Origin: Prochlorococcus marinus str. NATL2A
GTDB lineage: Bacteria; Cyanobacteriota; Cyanobacteriia; PCC-6307; Cyanobiaceae
Direction: 5' to 3'
Assembly: GCF_000012465.1 (NCBI RefSeq)
Contig: NC_007335.2
Span: forward strand, 870,001-902,000
DNA: 32,000 bases
Shown piece by piece: positions 10,252 through 19,849 of this stretch; position 1 is the stretch's first letter, and every line of letters begins with the position of its first letter. The notes under the pieces were generated by a model. That model was not told where the DNA came from. It was given only the letters and a program-made list of their open reading frames with translations, and made no database searches. Made by a program: the position numbers and the translations under genes.

Positions 10252-11094
10252 TTGAAGGTGAAGAGCGAATTAATATGGTCGAAAGCTCTTGAAACCAGCA
10301 GAAAAGCTATTGATTGTGCAGCTGTTATTCCATTAGAAACTTATAAATATAAATCTATTAAAAAATGTTTTGACTTTGAATTGAGGTTTCTAAAAAGAAC
10401 CTTTCCAAAAAATTTAATTGACTATGGTCCAAAGGCAAATCCCTTTATCCCTTGGGATAGAAGACTTGAAGTTCAGGCAGTAAATGATAATTACACTATA
10501 ATTTTAAATAAATATCCTGTACAACTTGGGCATTTATTATTAATTAGTAATTATTGGAAACCACAAAATAGTTGGTTAAGTATCGACGATTTTGAAGCAA
10601 TTGCCAAAGTTGATAACGATACAACAGGATTATGGTTTTTTAATAGCAGTAAGGATGCAGGAGCGAGCCAGCCTCATCGTCATTTTCAATTATTACGTAG
10701 GGATAAATATGAAAATATTTGTCCTAGATATGAATGGTTTTGTTCTTTACTAAATAATAGTGAAGGTTTTAACTCTGACATCAAACAATGTATTTCAATT
10801 AAACCAAGAAAGAGTAAATTAGATATAGATGCTCATGACTTATTTAATTCATACAAGTCAATGATTATTGAAATGGATTTGGGTAATATTAATAATGATG
10901 ATAAACCATTAAAGCCATATAATCTTCTTATCACTGAAAAATGGATTTCACTAATTGTAAGATCAAAGGATAGGGCTCATGGTTTCGGTATAAATGCACT
11001 TGGATTTGCAGGGTACTTTCTTGGAACAAGAAGATCAGATATTGATATGTTAATTAAATTTGGTCCAGAATCTATTTTAAAAGATGTAATTTAA
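10252..11094 (+). CDS. ATP adenylyltransferase / Ap4A phosphorylase II family protein
   Basis: It has the GASQPHRHFQLL nucleotidyl-transfer histidine motif and ILNKYPVQLGHLLLIS, which is typical of the Apa1/Apa2 (HIT-like) family. The start is non-ATG: TTG at 10252 or an in-frame GTG at 10258. There is no in-frame ATG near the N-terminus. Confidence 0.75.
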   Translation: MKVKSELIWSKALETSRKAIDCAAVIPLETYKYKSIKKCFDFELRFLKRTFPKNLIDYGPKANPFIPWDRRLEVQAVNDNYTIILNKYPVQLGHLLLISNYWKPQNSWLSIDDFEAIAKVDNDTTGLWFFNSSKDAGASQPHRHFQLLRRDKYENICPRYEWFCSLLNNSEGFNSDIKQCISIKPRKSKLDIDAHDLFNSYKSMIIEMDLGNINNDDKPLKPYNLLITEKWISLIVRSKDRAHGFGINALGFAGYFLGTRRSDIDMLIKFGPESILKDVI

Positions 11095-11111
11095 ACTATA
11101 AAAAATATTTT

Positions 11112-11291
11112 TTAACTTTCTACAGTAGAGAGATTTGATTCAATTTGCTCCTCTAGCTTAGAAATAGAAGCTGATATTGCAGCAAGTTTCCTTTCATAAG
11201 ATTCTTTAATCGATATTAACATATGTAATTTTTTAGTTTGAAAGAACTTTTTTCTTTTGCTCCAATCTTGATTAGAATTACAGAAGTCCAT
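11112..11291 (-). CDS. Hypothetical 59-aa protein with a predicted helical C-terminus; not on the supplied ORF track
   Basis: I translated this by hand. It runs from the ATG at 11291 to the TAA at 11112-11114 and reads MDFCNSNQDWSKRKKFFQTKKLHMLISIKESYERKLAAISASISKLEEQIESNLSTVES. It fills most of an otherwise empty gap and is divergent from the next gene. Confidence 0.45.
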   Translation of the reverse strand: MDFCNSNQDWSKRKKFFQTKKLHMLISIKESYERKLAAISASISKLEEQIESNLSTVES

Positions 11292-11473
11292 CTAGGTTAA
11301 ATTAATTAAATTTACAATAGACATTAATTATAGCGAATGTGTATCAAGAGTGATTATTTAAAGAAGATCAAAGATTTTATTTTTTTTATATTGATTCTAT
11401 TTATATAAATTCAAACGTATAGGAGTGTTGAGATTCAAAACCCTATTACTATAGTTTTAGTTTATGACTTGAT

Positions 11474-12517
11474 GTGGCAGAAGCAGAAACTGAAGAGAAG
11501 AAGGTAAAAAGAATTTCAATTGACTTGCCAATTGAGTTAATAGAAGGTGTAGACCGTCTTCGTAAAGAGTGGGGACTAAGAAGTAGAGGACTTGTCTTTG
11601 CGAGGTTATTAGAAGTCATTTTGTCAAATGACTTAGAGGAAGATTTAACTAATAATCAACAACTAGAGCTTAACCAAAGTGCTAAGACTGACTTAGTAAC
11701 AAACAATTATGATGAAATAGACAATAAGACTGAAGAAAAGGCAATTGTTATAGTTGGTGATAAGAATATTGAAATAAAGAATGTCTCAGTACTAGAAAAT
11801 GATTTAGAAAATAACAATAAGAATAAAAAAGATCAGATAACATCTGGCATTGAACTACCTGGGTTTATTAGGAAACAAGCTACTAATCTTAAGAGAAGTT
11901 TAAGCAAGGACAAGTCTATAAAAAATATGGAGGACACATCAATTACTACTATTGATATAAACGATTTATTAGAGGCTAAAAATGATGCAGTAAAACATTG
12001 GATCTACCTTTACGGACAAAAACCCACAGATAATGTTCTTGAGGCATCAATGATTTGGCTAGCAAGAGATATATGGCCTAACGTCGATGGAACGGAAAAT
12101 ATTCCTTTCACATGGAGTGCTGCATGCAAAATGTTGAATTCATATTGCAAGGATTGGCACAATGAAGATTTGACGTTTGATCAAGTAATCATATTAGCTG
12201 GAGCATTAGAAGATCCATTCTCTACTAGAAACCTAAAAAGTAGAATTCCTACTCTCATTCGAAGATTCGTTAATAAATTTAAGCGAAGCAATAATGTGAC
12301 TTCTTTTCAAACACTTGAATCAACCATGACCGTCCATGGAGCACTTAAATTATTAGGTTTACCCACAAAGGCCGGCTCTTCATTAACACTTTCTTTCATC
12401 AGGGAAGCATATAAAAATAAAGCATTATCTAACCATCCAGACGCTGGGGGCTCAAATGAATCAATGAGGAAGCTAAATGAAGCATATCAACTTTTAAAAG
12501 ATCTATACAAAAATTGA
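11474..12517 (+). CDS. J-domain protein with an N-terminal ribbon-helix-helix-like segment
   Basis: The C-terminal 60 aa form a J domain: ALKLLGLP...IREAYKNKALSNHPDAGGS...LNEAYQLLKDLY, including the HPD tripeptide. The N-terminus KRISIDLPIELIEGVDRLRKEWGLRSRGLVFARLLEVIL fits the strand-helix-helix pattern of CopG/Arc/MetJ proteins. The start is GTG, with no ATG that would retain this segment. Confidence 0.75.
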   Translation: MAEAETEEKKVKRISIDLPIELIEGVDRLRKEWGLRSRGLVFARLLEVILSNDLEEDLTNNQQLELNQSAKTDLVTNNYDEIDNKTEEKAIVIVGDKNIEIKNVSVLENDLENNNKNKKDQITSGIELPGFIRKQATNLKRSLSKDKSIKNMEDTSITTIDINDLLEAKNDAVKHWIYLYGQKPTDNVLEASMIWLARDIWPNVDGTENIPFTWSAACKMLNSYCKDWHNEDLTFDQVIILAGALEDPFSTRNLKSRIPTLIRRFVNKFKRSNNVTSFQTLESTMTVHGALKLLGLPTKAGSSLTLSFIREAYKNKALSNHPDAGGSNESMRKLNEAYQLLKDLYKN

Positions 12518-12853
12518 CGTCTAATATATCCCATGCAAGACTTACTATGAGTCTCATAACGCGTCTGGAACGAGTCAAGTAAGATAAGAATTTTTCCTTT
12601 TGAACGAATGCAATCTTTGTAAAAAAAATGGTGAGAAATTTGCTTTTATTACTTGTTTTTTCATGGTCTTTGTTCAGTTGAAATGACTACTACCATGTAA
12701 GCAACAAATTAAAATGCTTATTTATCCGTCCTTTTCAACCTAAAATCAATAAGAAAACTCTAAAAAAATATTAACTTACAAAATTACAGTCCAATTCCTG
12801 TCCATTTTAATTATCGAGGCTTAAATGTACTGCCGCAAAATGCTTTTGAGGTG

Positions 12854-12882
12854 TGCATAACTGCTTTATAGACAGTTATGCA
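12854..12882. repeat. Perfect 10-bp inverted repeat (hairpin) in a long gene-free spacer
   Basis: TGCATAACTG (12854-12863), a 9-nt loop, then CAGTTATGCA (12873-12882). Confidence 0.6.
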
Positions 12883-13230
12883 TAGATATCGATCAAAACA
12901 TCTCTTGGATTTTCAACTCCTATATGTATTCTATGGATTTCCTTAGTTAAAAAAATTCTCATTAGTCTAATGTCAGTCCTATTACTAGTCCTGTATTGCG
13001 TCGCATTAAGGATCTTAGAGACTATTCTTAAGATGTTTTTGCAATTGAAATATAAAATTTTAAATATGAGTGATTTTTCATCAATGTATATTTTCAAGCA
13101 ATAACAAAGACATCGATCTTCAAAAAATGTTTATTCTCTAAATATATTTTCTTAAAAAGCGGTGGTCTCGCAAGTCTTGTATTAGACTCTTTATTGGTCT
13201 AACTAAGAGACAAGGCTGATATTTCTGAGA

Positions 13231-15705
13231 CTAACTTCTTAGTTCCGCTTTTATTTTTTCTTTAAGAGCATTTCTAATCTTTTCGTGTATTGGATTAATG
13301 TCTTTCTCTACTAATGTTTTTTTTGCATCTCTGTATCTGATTCGAAAAGCTTGGCTAATCTCATCCTCGGGCATTGAAGAGCCCTCGTAACGATCTATTA
13401 ACTCTACTTTCTCTAATAATGGCCTTCCAGTTTTTTTAATTAGACCCATGATTTCTAAAGAGCTATATTTTTTTGAATGTATGAGGGCAATATCTCTTTC
13501 CATATAAGGAACAGTGGGGTAATCCTTGTAAATTCTTGTCCAATTTGTTTTCCTTGTCGCAGCTTTTATCAATGAATCAAAATCAAGGTTAAATAAATAA
13601 GTTTCCTTAATTAGATCAAATTTCTCAGACTGCGAAGGATGAATTTGACCAAAGAAGCCGATACTTTTGCCTTCAACAAATAATTCAGAAGTTCGGCCTG
13701 GATGCATAAAATCTTTTTCAGCAAGCTGCTTATCAATAGTCTCAACTCCAAGAACATCAAGAGATTGCTTAAGTTTGCCTCTTGCTTCAAAATAATCTAA
13801 CGATAGTTGTTTTGACGCTCCGCCCCACTTACTAAGTCGTTTACTACCAGTCAATGCACCTGATAACAAATTAGTTTCAACAAAACATTCTTTATCTTTT
13901 TTGTATGTCTTTGCTATTTCAAAGATCCAACAACCTTCAGCTCCAAAAGATACGTTTCTCTGAAGTATTTTAAGATGTTCATCCCATACATTTGTTCTTA
14001 ATCTACTTGTCTCTGATAGTAATGGGTTTTTAATCAATACAGCATTATCATCAGTATTTTCTGGACCAACAAGTGAAGAAGTAACTACCTCTTGAAAACC
14101 ATTGTGGATGAAAGAATTTCGTAAACGTCTTTCAACTAACTTAGTGGGTGAAAGTACTCCTGGCTCAAGAGGATCTGGCATATTTGAATCAAAATTGTCA
14201 TATCCAATTAGCCTCGCTATCTCCTCTATTAAATCAATTTCTCTTGTTAAATCAGATGATCTATAAGGAGGTACTTGAACATTCCAACCGGAATCATTTG
14301 AAGTAAGTATGAGACCAAGTTTTGATAAGAGTGTCTCAATCTCATCTTCATTAAGATATCGAAGTTTAGTAGAATTATTATTTACAAAATTACTATCAGA
14401 GCTACTTAATTTACCTAAGACGCTATTGATTTTATCCATTCTTAGATTAACACTAATACTTTTTTTCTTGAAATCAGTATTAACATAAGAAGATATATTG
14501 TCTCCTCCTAACTGAACAGAAATTAGTTCACTAGCTCTTTTAGAAACAGCAGTAGTCATATTTGACGATATTCCTTTTTCGTACCTACTACTTGCATCTG
14601 TCCTAAGACCTATTTCTCTACTGCTATTTCTAATTGAAGTAGGGGTAAATACAGCAGCTTCTAACCAAATCCTTGTTGTTTTATCACTTACAGAACTATT
14701 ATTTCCACCTATAACTCCTGCTATTGCTATTGGAATATCGTCGCAGGTAATCAACTTTATCGTGGGATTTATCTTATATTCCTTTTTATCAAGTGCGACA
14801 AATAATTCACCTTGCTTACCATTTCTAATACCAAAATCATTTGGTTTAACCTTTCTACCAATTATATTATCTAATAGATCTGCATCAAAAGCATGTAATG
14901 GTTGTCCCTGTTCAAGCATTAAATAATTTGTTATGTCTACAACAGGATTTATACAATTTTGTTTTAATGAACTTAATTTATTAAAAATATTTTTATTTGT
15001 CTTTCCAGTATTGTCAATACTGTCTATATACGTAATTGAGTATATACAGTCTACTCCAATCGTTTCTTTATCACATATTTTTGGTTCAAATATATTAAAG
15101 TCTTCAATGTAATTTAAATTTGGTAATGTTAATTTTGAATTTGTTATTGTAGATATTTCTCGTGCAATACCTACCATTGACATACCATCAGGTCTATTAG
15201 CAGTAATAGCTAATTCAATTATGGTGTCATTCAAACAAAGGTAATCAACAGCATTTGAACCAATTGGTGGGATATTTGCTTCATTTTCTTCAAGAATTTC
15301 AATACCTTCATTACTACTTTCAATACCTAATTCTTCCAGCGAGCAAATCATTCCCTCGCTTTCAACGCCACGTAAATTAGATAATTTTATTTTTAGTGAC
15401 TTTGAAGATAAATAAGCTCCAACCTTCGCCACTAGGACGTGAAATCCTGCTTTTACATTTGGTGCACCACAAACAATGCTCAACTTTTTGGGTAAACCAA
15501 CATCTACAGAACAAACTTTTAGCTTTTCAGCATTTGGATGCGGCGTGATTTCCTCAACAAAACCAATAACAACATTCTTTGCTTGTTCTGATAAGTCTTC
15601 TAAAGATTCAACCTCAAAGCCTGTCATTGACAGCTTTTCAGAAAGCTCGTCAATATCATTGTTAAATTCGACAAGATCTTTTAGCCAAGAAACAGATACC
15701 TTCAT
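13231..15705 (-). CDS. pheT: Phenylalanyl-tRNA synthetase beta subunit
   Basis: At 824 aa it has the N-terminal MKVSVSWLKDLV start and a tRNA-binding (EMAP-like) domain with HPNAEKLKVC. B3/4 and B5 domains follow, and the C-terminus is ferredoxin-fold anticodon-binding (FRIRYRD). Confidence 0.95.
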   Translation of the reverse strand: MKVSVSWLKDLVEFNNDIDELSEKLSMTGFEVESLEDLSEQAKNVVIGFVEEITPHPNAEKLKVCSVDVGLPKKLSIVCGAPNVKAGFHVLVAKVGAYLSSKSLKIKLSNLRGVESEGMICSLEELGIESSNEGIEILEENEANIPPIGSNAVDYLCLNDTIIELAITANRPDGMSMVGIAREISTITNSKLTLPNLNYIEDFNIFEPKICDKETIGVDCIYSITYIDSIDNTGKTNKNIFNKLSSLKQNCINPVVDITNYLMLEQGQPLHAFDADLLDNIIGRKVKPNDFGIRNGKQGELFVALDKKEYKINPTIKLITCDDIPIAIAGVIGGNNSSVSDKTTRIWLEAAVFTPTSIRNSSREIGLRTDASSRYEKGISSNMTTAVSKRASELISVQLGGDNISSYVNTDFKKKSISVNLRMDKINSVLGKLSSSDSNFVNNNSTKLRYLNEDEIETLLSKLGLILTSNDSGWNVQVPPYRSSDLTREIDLIEEIARLIGYDNFDSNMPDPLEPGVLSPTKLVERRLRNSFIHNGFQEVVTSSLVGPENTDDNAVLIKNPLLSETSRLRTNVWDEHLKILQRNVSFGAEGCWIFEIAKTYKKDKECFVETNLLSGALTGSKRLSKWGGASKQLSLDYFEARGKLKQSLDVLGVETIDKQLAEKDFMHPGRTSELFVEGKSIGFFGQIHPSQSEKFDLIKETYLFNLDFDSLIKAATRKTNWTRIYKDYPTVPYMERDIALIHSKKYSSLEIMGLIKKTGRPLLEKVELIDRYEGSSMPEDEISQAFRIRYRDAKKTLVEKDINPIHEKIRNALKEKIKAELRS

Positions 15706-15820
15706 GATTTGTTCTTACACGAGTTATACATAGGTGCTCAAATGAATTTATAAAAAAGGGTGCTTAGCCTAGTAAGATTGTACTTTGTTCCCAGACTCAC
15801 CAAAGTTGAGCTAAGTTCAT

Positions 15821-16018
15821 ATGGCGAAAAAAGGTACCAGAATTGTGGTTACTTTAGAATGTACTGAGTCTAGAACTGTTCCTAGCTCAAAAAAACGTTC
15901 TGCAGGAGTATCTAGATACACCACAGAGAAAAATCGTAGGAACACTACTGAGAGACTTGAACTTAAAAAATTCTGTCCTGAATTAAATAAGATGACAATT
16001 CATAGAGAAATCAAATAA
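15821..16018 (+). CDS. rpmG: 50S ribosomal protein L33
   Basis: At 65 aa it reads [16 protein letters not shown]...[22 protein letters not shown], which is typical of L33. Confidence 0.9.
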   Translation: MAKKGTRIVVTLECTESRTVPSSKKRSAGVSRYTTEKNRRNTTERLELKKFCPELNKMTIHREIK

Positions 16019-16043
16019 TTGTCCCATACAAACTTTTAAAAAA

Positions 16044-16265
16044 ATGACTAATTCACTATTTAAACAAAAGCTTTCTCCAATAAAGCCAGGCGATCCTATT
16101 GATTATAAGGACGTTGAATTATTAAAGAAATTTATTACTGATAGAGGAAAAATTTTACCTAGAAGACTTACAGGATTAACAGCTAAGCAACAAAGAGACT
16201 TAACAACAGCGGTTAAAAGAGCAAGAATTATTGCCTTACTTCCCTTTGTTAATCCAGAAGGATAG
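16044..16265 (+). CDS. rpsR: 30S ribosomal protein S18
   Basis: At 73 aa it has the S18 signature [43 protein letters not shown]. Confidence 0.9.
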   Translation: MTNSLFKQKLSPIKPGDPIDYKDVELLKKFITDRGKILPRRLTGLTAKQQRDLTTAVKRARIIALLPFVNPEG

Positions 16266-16297
16266 TTATATATTTTTAATATTCTATTAAAAATAGA

Positions 16298-17572
16298 ATG
16301 GGCACAAAAATAATAGAAGATGAAATAAAAGATATAATATTCAGATCTAACACAAGTAATAATTTAAATTCTGCAGTTAAAGATCTTACCCATCTTAAAA
16401 CATATACAATAGATGATTCTAAAACGGTAGAAATAGATGATGCAATTTCACTAGAACAAGTATCTGGTCAGAACAAGTTATGGATTCATATTGCATCCCC
16501 TGCCTCCTATATTGAATATCAATCAGGTATAGATGAAAAAGCAAGAAAACTTGTCTCAACTGTTTATTTGTCTAACAATACCTATTACATGCTTCCCAAA
16601 GCCTTAATAAATAATGTATTCAGCCTAAGTGATAAAGAAAAGAGAGAATCATTAAGCTTAGGTGTTATCTTAAATGATGACGGTAGTATTTCTTCTACTG
16701 AAATTGTTCAGAGTTTGATACAAGTAGATTATCGCTTAGATTTTATAGAAGCTGATGAACTTATAGATTATGCGCCAAAAGAAGAGATAGATTTAAGTCT
16801 TATATCAACAATTTTAGAAAGTAGAAAGAGCTGGAGAAAGAATTTAGGTTCAATTGAAATATTAGAATCTTATGGAAAAATAGTTGTTGAAGATAAGATT
16901 CCCAACATAAAAATAATTGATCCAACTTTATCAAGACAACTTATAAGTGAGGCTATGATCTTGTACGGAGATATTATTTCAAATTTTACTAAGCTAAATA
17001 AAATACCTGTTCCATATAGGGTTCAAGAACGCTCAGATAAAGTAAGTAATGATAATATTCAACTTTCTGATAATAAAATTTTATATAATTTTTTACTTAA
17101 GAAAACTATGGGTAAAACTTATTATTCTATAAATCCAATGCAACATGATAGTTTAGCATTAACTTCTTATTTACATGCTACATCTCCCATTAGAAGATAT
17201 GCTGACTTGTTAGTTCACTATCAATTAAATAGATTTCTTAATAATAAAGTTCTCATATCTAAGGATGATGTTCAACAGATTATTCATGAGATTAATATTC
17301 AAGGAAGACAAAATATCATGAGATTTAGAGAAGATCAAAAATATTGGTTAGGTAAATGGTTCGAAAATAACACTTTTAATGAATATAGTGTGATATTGCT
17401 TAATTGGATAAATAGGTATAAAAATACTTGCCTTCTATACTTTGTCGATTATAATTTTTCTACAATATCCAATTTGCATTCAAAATTAAATATAAATATC
17501 GGGGACAATTTTAACGTAAAAAATACTAACCATGATAATAACGATATGAATAATTTTGAGATAATTCAATGA
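16298..17572 (+). CDS. rnb: RNB-family 3'-5' exoribonuclease (RNase II/R-like), short form
   Basis: RNB motif I (TIDDSKTVEIDDAIS) already appears at about residue 37. The catalytic motif is HDSLALTSYLHATSPIRRYADLLVHYQL. The protein is only 424 aa and starts 32 nt after rpsR, so there is no room for N-terminal cold-shock domains. Confidence 0.85.
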   Translation: MGTKIIEDEIKDIIFRSNTSNNLNSAVKDLTHLKTYTIDDSKTVEIDDAISLEQVSGQNKLWIHIASPASYIEYQSGIDEKARKLVSTVYLSNNTYYMLPKALINNVFSLSDKEKRESLSLGVILNDDGSISSTEIVQSLIQVDYRLDFIEADELIDYAPKEEIDLSLISTILESRKSWRKNLGSIEILESYGKIVVEDKIPNIKIIDPTLSRQLISEAMILYGDIISNFTKLNKIPVPYRVQERSDKVSNDNIQLSDNKILYNFLLKKTMGKTYYSINPMQHDSLALTSYLHATSPIRRYADLLVHYQLNRFLNNKVLISKDDVQQIIHEINIQGRQNIMRFREDQKYWLGKWFENNTFNEYSVILLNWINRYKNTCLLYFVDYNFSTISNLHSKLNINIGDNFNVKNTNHDNNDMNNFEIIQ

Positions 17573-17639
17573 TTAATATAAACTATAATCATTGAAGTGC
17601 AAAAGCCTTTAAAATATAATATAATAATCAGAATATGTA

Positions 17640-19190
17640 ATGAATATGAAATACACAATTACAACACCACTATATTATGTTAACGACAAGCCTCATCTAG
17701 GTAGTTCATATACAACAATCGCTTGTGATGCAATAGCTCGTTTTGAAAGACTAAATGGAAATACTGTTCTTTTTCTTACTGGTGTTGACGAACATGGTCA
17801 GAAAATAGAACGTACTGCAGAAAGCAAAAACCTTGAACCTCAACTTCATTGCGATGAAATCACAGAAAAGTATAAGTATTTATGGGATAAACTAAATATT
17901 AGTTACGATCGTTTCGTTAGAACAACTTCTATTGAACATACATCTTTGGTCCATCAATTTTATTCTAAAGTTTTGAAATCTGATGATGTATACATGGGTA
18001 GGCAAAGTGGTTGGTATTGTGTTGGATGTGAGGAATATAAGGATGTTGAGGATAAAGATAAAAGTCCAATCTGCTCAATCCATAAAAAGGAATTAGAGTG
18101 GAGAGATGAAGAGAATTTATTTTTTAAATTATCAAAATATCAAGATCAAATTGAAAAATTAATTCATGTCGATGGTTTCATATCTCCGAAAAGTAGAAAA
18201 AATGAAATTATAAATTTTGTCTCTAAGGGCTTAAGAGATTTCTCAATTTCAAGAGTGAACTTAAAATGGGGAATAAATGTTCCAGGAAATAAGGATCACA
18301 CATTTTATGTCTGGTTTGACGCATTACTAGGTTATGTTAGTGGATCTCTTAATGATCAATGCTCACCGGAACTAACCGAAAAATCGTTAAGTAATTGGCC
18401 TGCAAACATACATGTTATTGGTAAGGATATCCTCAGATTTCATGCTGTTTATTGGCCTGCAATGCTTCTGTCCGCAGGTATGAAAACGCCACGAAGTGTT
18501 TTTGGACATGGATTCCTAACTCGAGAAGGTCAGAAAATGGGTAAATCACTAGGTAACGTACTTGACCCCATTGAACTTCTGGAATATGGCGGGATCGATG
18601 CAATGAGATGGTATCTTCTAAGAGATATTGAATTTGGAGAAGATGGTGATTTTCAAATGAGAAGATTTGTTGATATCGTTAACAGTGATTTATGTAATAC
18701 TATTGGTAATTTATTAAATAGAACAATAACGATGTCGAAAAAATGGTTTAAAGAAAATATCCCAATAGATAATACTTTATCATCTGATTCTACACTTAAA
18801 GTTAAATCAGAGACAAAGATAATCGAATATATGGAGTCATTTAAGGATAGTAATTTTAAAAGCTCAGCTAATGCAATAATAGATTTAGCCAATAGTGCAA
18901 ATCTTTATCTAAATGATCGAGCACCATGGAAACTAATTAAGGATATTTCTAATAAAAATATTGTAGCTCTTGATATTTATTCTGTTCTCGAATCATGTCG
19001 GATTATTGGAATATTACTTAATCCAATCGTACCAAATTTAAGTAATAGAATATTAAAACAACTTAATATTGACACTTCAAATATAAATTTTAAAGATTCA
19101 CTGCAATGGGGTTTATTAGATCCTAATAATGGATTACAGGATCCGACTCCTGTAATGGATAAGATTGAATTTAATGAGGACCCTAGATAG
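17640..19190 (+). CDS. metG: Methionyl-tRNA synthetase (short form, no C-terminal tRNA-binding appendix)
   Basis: It has class I motifs PHLGS (HIGH variant) and KMGKS (KMSKS variant), a Zn-knuckle region CVGCEEY...CSIH, and an anticodon-binding helical domain. A second in-frame ATG at 17646 is an alternative start. Confidence 0.95.
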   Translation: MNMKYTITTPLYYVNDKPHLGSSYTTIACDAIARFERLNGNTVLFLTGVDEHGQKIERTAESKNLEPQLHCDEITEKYKYLWDKLNISYDRFVRTTSIEHTSLVHQFYSKVLKSDDVYMGRQSGWYCVGCEEYKDVEDKDKSPICSIHKKELEWRDEENLFFKLSKYQDQIEKLIHVDGFISPKSRKNEIINFVSKGLRDFSISRVNLKWGINVPGNKDHTFYVWFDALLGYVSGSLNDQCSPELTEKSLSNWPANIHVIGKDILRFHAVYWPAMLLSAGMKTPRSVFGHGFLTREGQKMGKSLGNVLDPIELLEYGGIDAMRWYLLRDIEFGEDGDFQMRRFVDIVNSDLCNTIGNLLNRTITMSKKWFKENIPIDNTLSSDSTLKVKSETKIIEYMESFKDSNFKSSANAIIDLANSANLYLNDRAPWKLIKDISNKNIVALDIYSVLESCRIIGILLNPIVPNLSNRILKQLNIDTSNINFKDSLQWGLLDPNNGLQDPTPVMDKIEFNEDPR

Positions 19191-19849
19191 TGAAATCATT
19201 CAATATCTATTTACTATTTATACTTACTATATTTGCACTTTTAGGGTGTCAGAAATCTAATAAATCTACTGCAAAGATTGATAACAAAAGCTATATTAAT
19301 GATTTTGAACTACTACAAGAAAATCCAAACAAAGAAACTAGTGTAAAAATTACTAGTCCTAAAGCCATAATTGATCCGACCATTAACGATATAGAAATAT
19401 ACGAAAGTTCAATTGATATACTGAATAGAAATGGAATTGACTTTCAAGTTAAATCTGGTAATGCAACCCTAAATAATTTATCAAATAATATAAGAGTTTT
19501 TAATAATGTATACATATCATTCCTGAAAGATTCATATTACAATATTACCACTAATTCATTTAATTGGGATTTAAATACCTCAGTTATAGATATAAGTAAT
19601 CCACTTGCTATAAATTTAGAAAATACTAAGATAAATGCATCTAATGGATTTTATAATATCGACACCAGCCTACTAAAAATAGATAATACTAGATTTAATA
19701 GAAAAATAAGTAATTCTGAAGGTGTAGAGGAATATCAAGTAGAAATAAAATCTGACTTTGCTAAATGGTTCAAGAATGATAATAAATTAGTTTTCACATC
19801 GAATGAGAAACAGGTAGAAACAACTATTAAATTTCTACTTACTAAGTAG
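19190..19849 (+). CDS. Predicted lipoprotein, possibly an LptC/OstA-like beta-jellyroll protein
   Basis: The GTG start overlaps the metG stop by 1 nt. It has a signal peptide with the lipobox LLGC. The body is Asn/Ile-rich with alternating beta-strand-like repeats (KITSPKAIID..., VKSGNATLNNLSNNIRVFNNVYI) that resemble LptC-related proteins. The functional call is tentative. Confidence 0.6.
   Translation: MKSFNIYLLFILTIFALLGCQKSNKSTAKIDNKSYINDFELLQENPNKETSVKITSPKAIIDPTINDIEIYESSIDILNRNGIDFQVKSGNATLNNLSNNIRVFNNVYISFLKDSYYNITTNSFNWDLNTSVIDISNPLAINLENTKINASNGFYNIDTSLLKIDNTRFNRKISNSEGVEEYQVEIKSDFAKWFKNDNKLVFTSNEKQVETTIKFLLTK

Noticed and set aside
12876-13097. Minus-strand 73-aa ORF in the long pheT-proximal spacer.
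   Set aside because: Its Ile/Lys/Asn-rich translation is typical of a random ORF in AT-rich sequence, and it overlaps the perfect hairpin at 12854-12882. I treated it as non-coding spacer (see the finding on the 12518-13230 gap).
15476-15733. Plus-strand 85-aa ORF overlapping the 5' end of pheT.
   Set aside because: It is antisense to the conserved pheT N-terminus, and its Ser-rich translation is typical of a shadow ORF.
18653-18892. Minus-strand 79-aa ORF.
   Set aside because: It is antisense inside metG.
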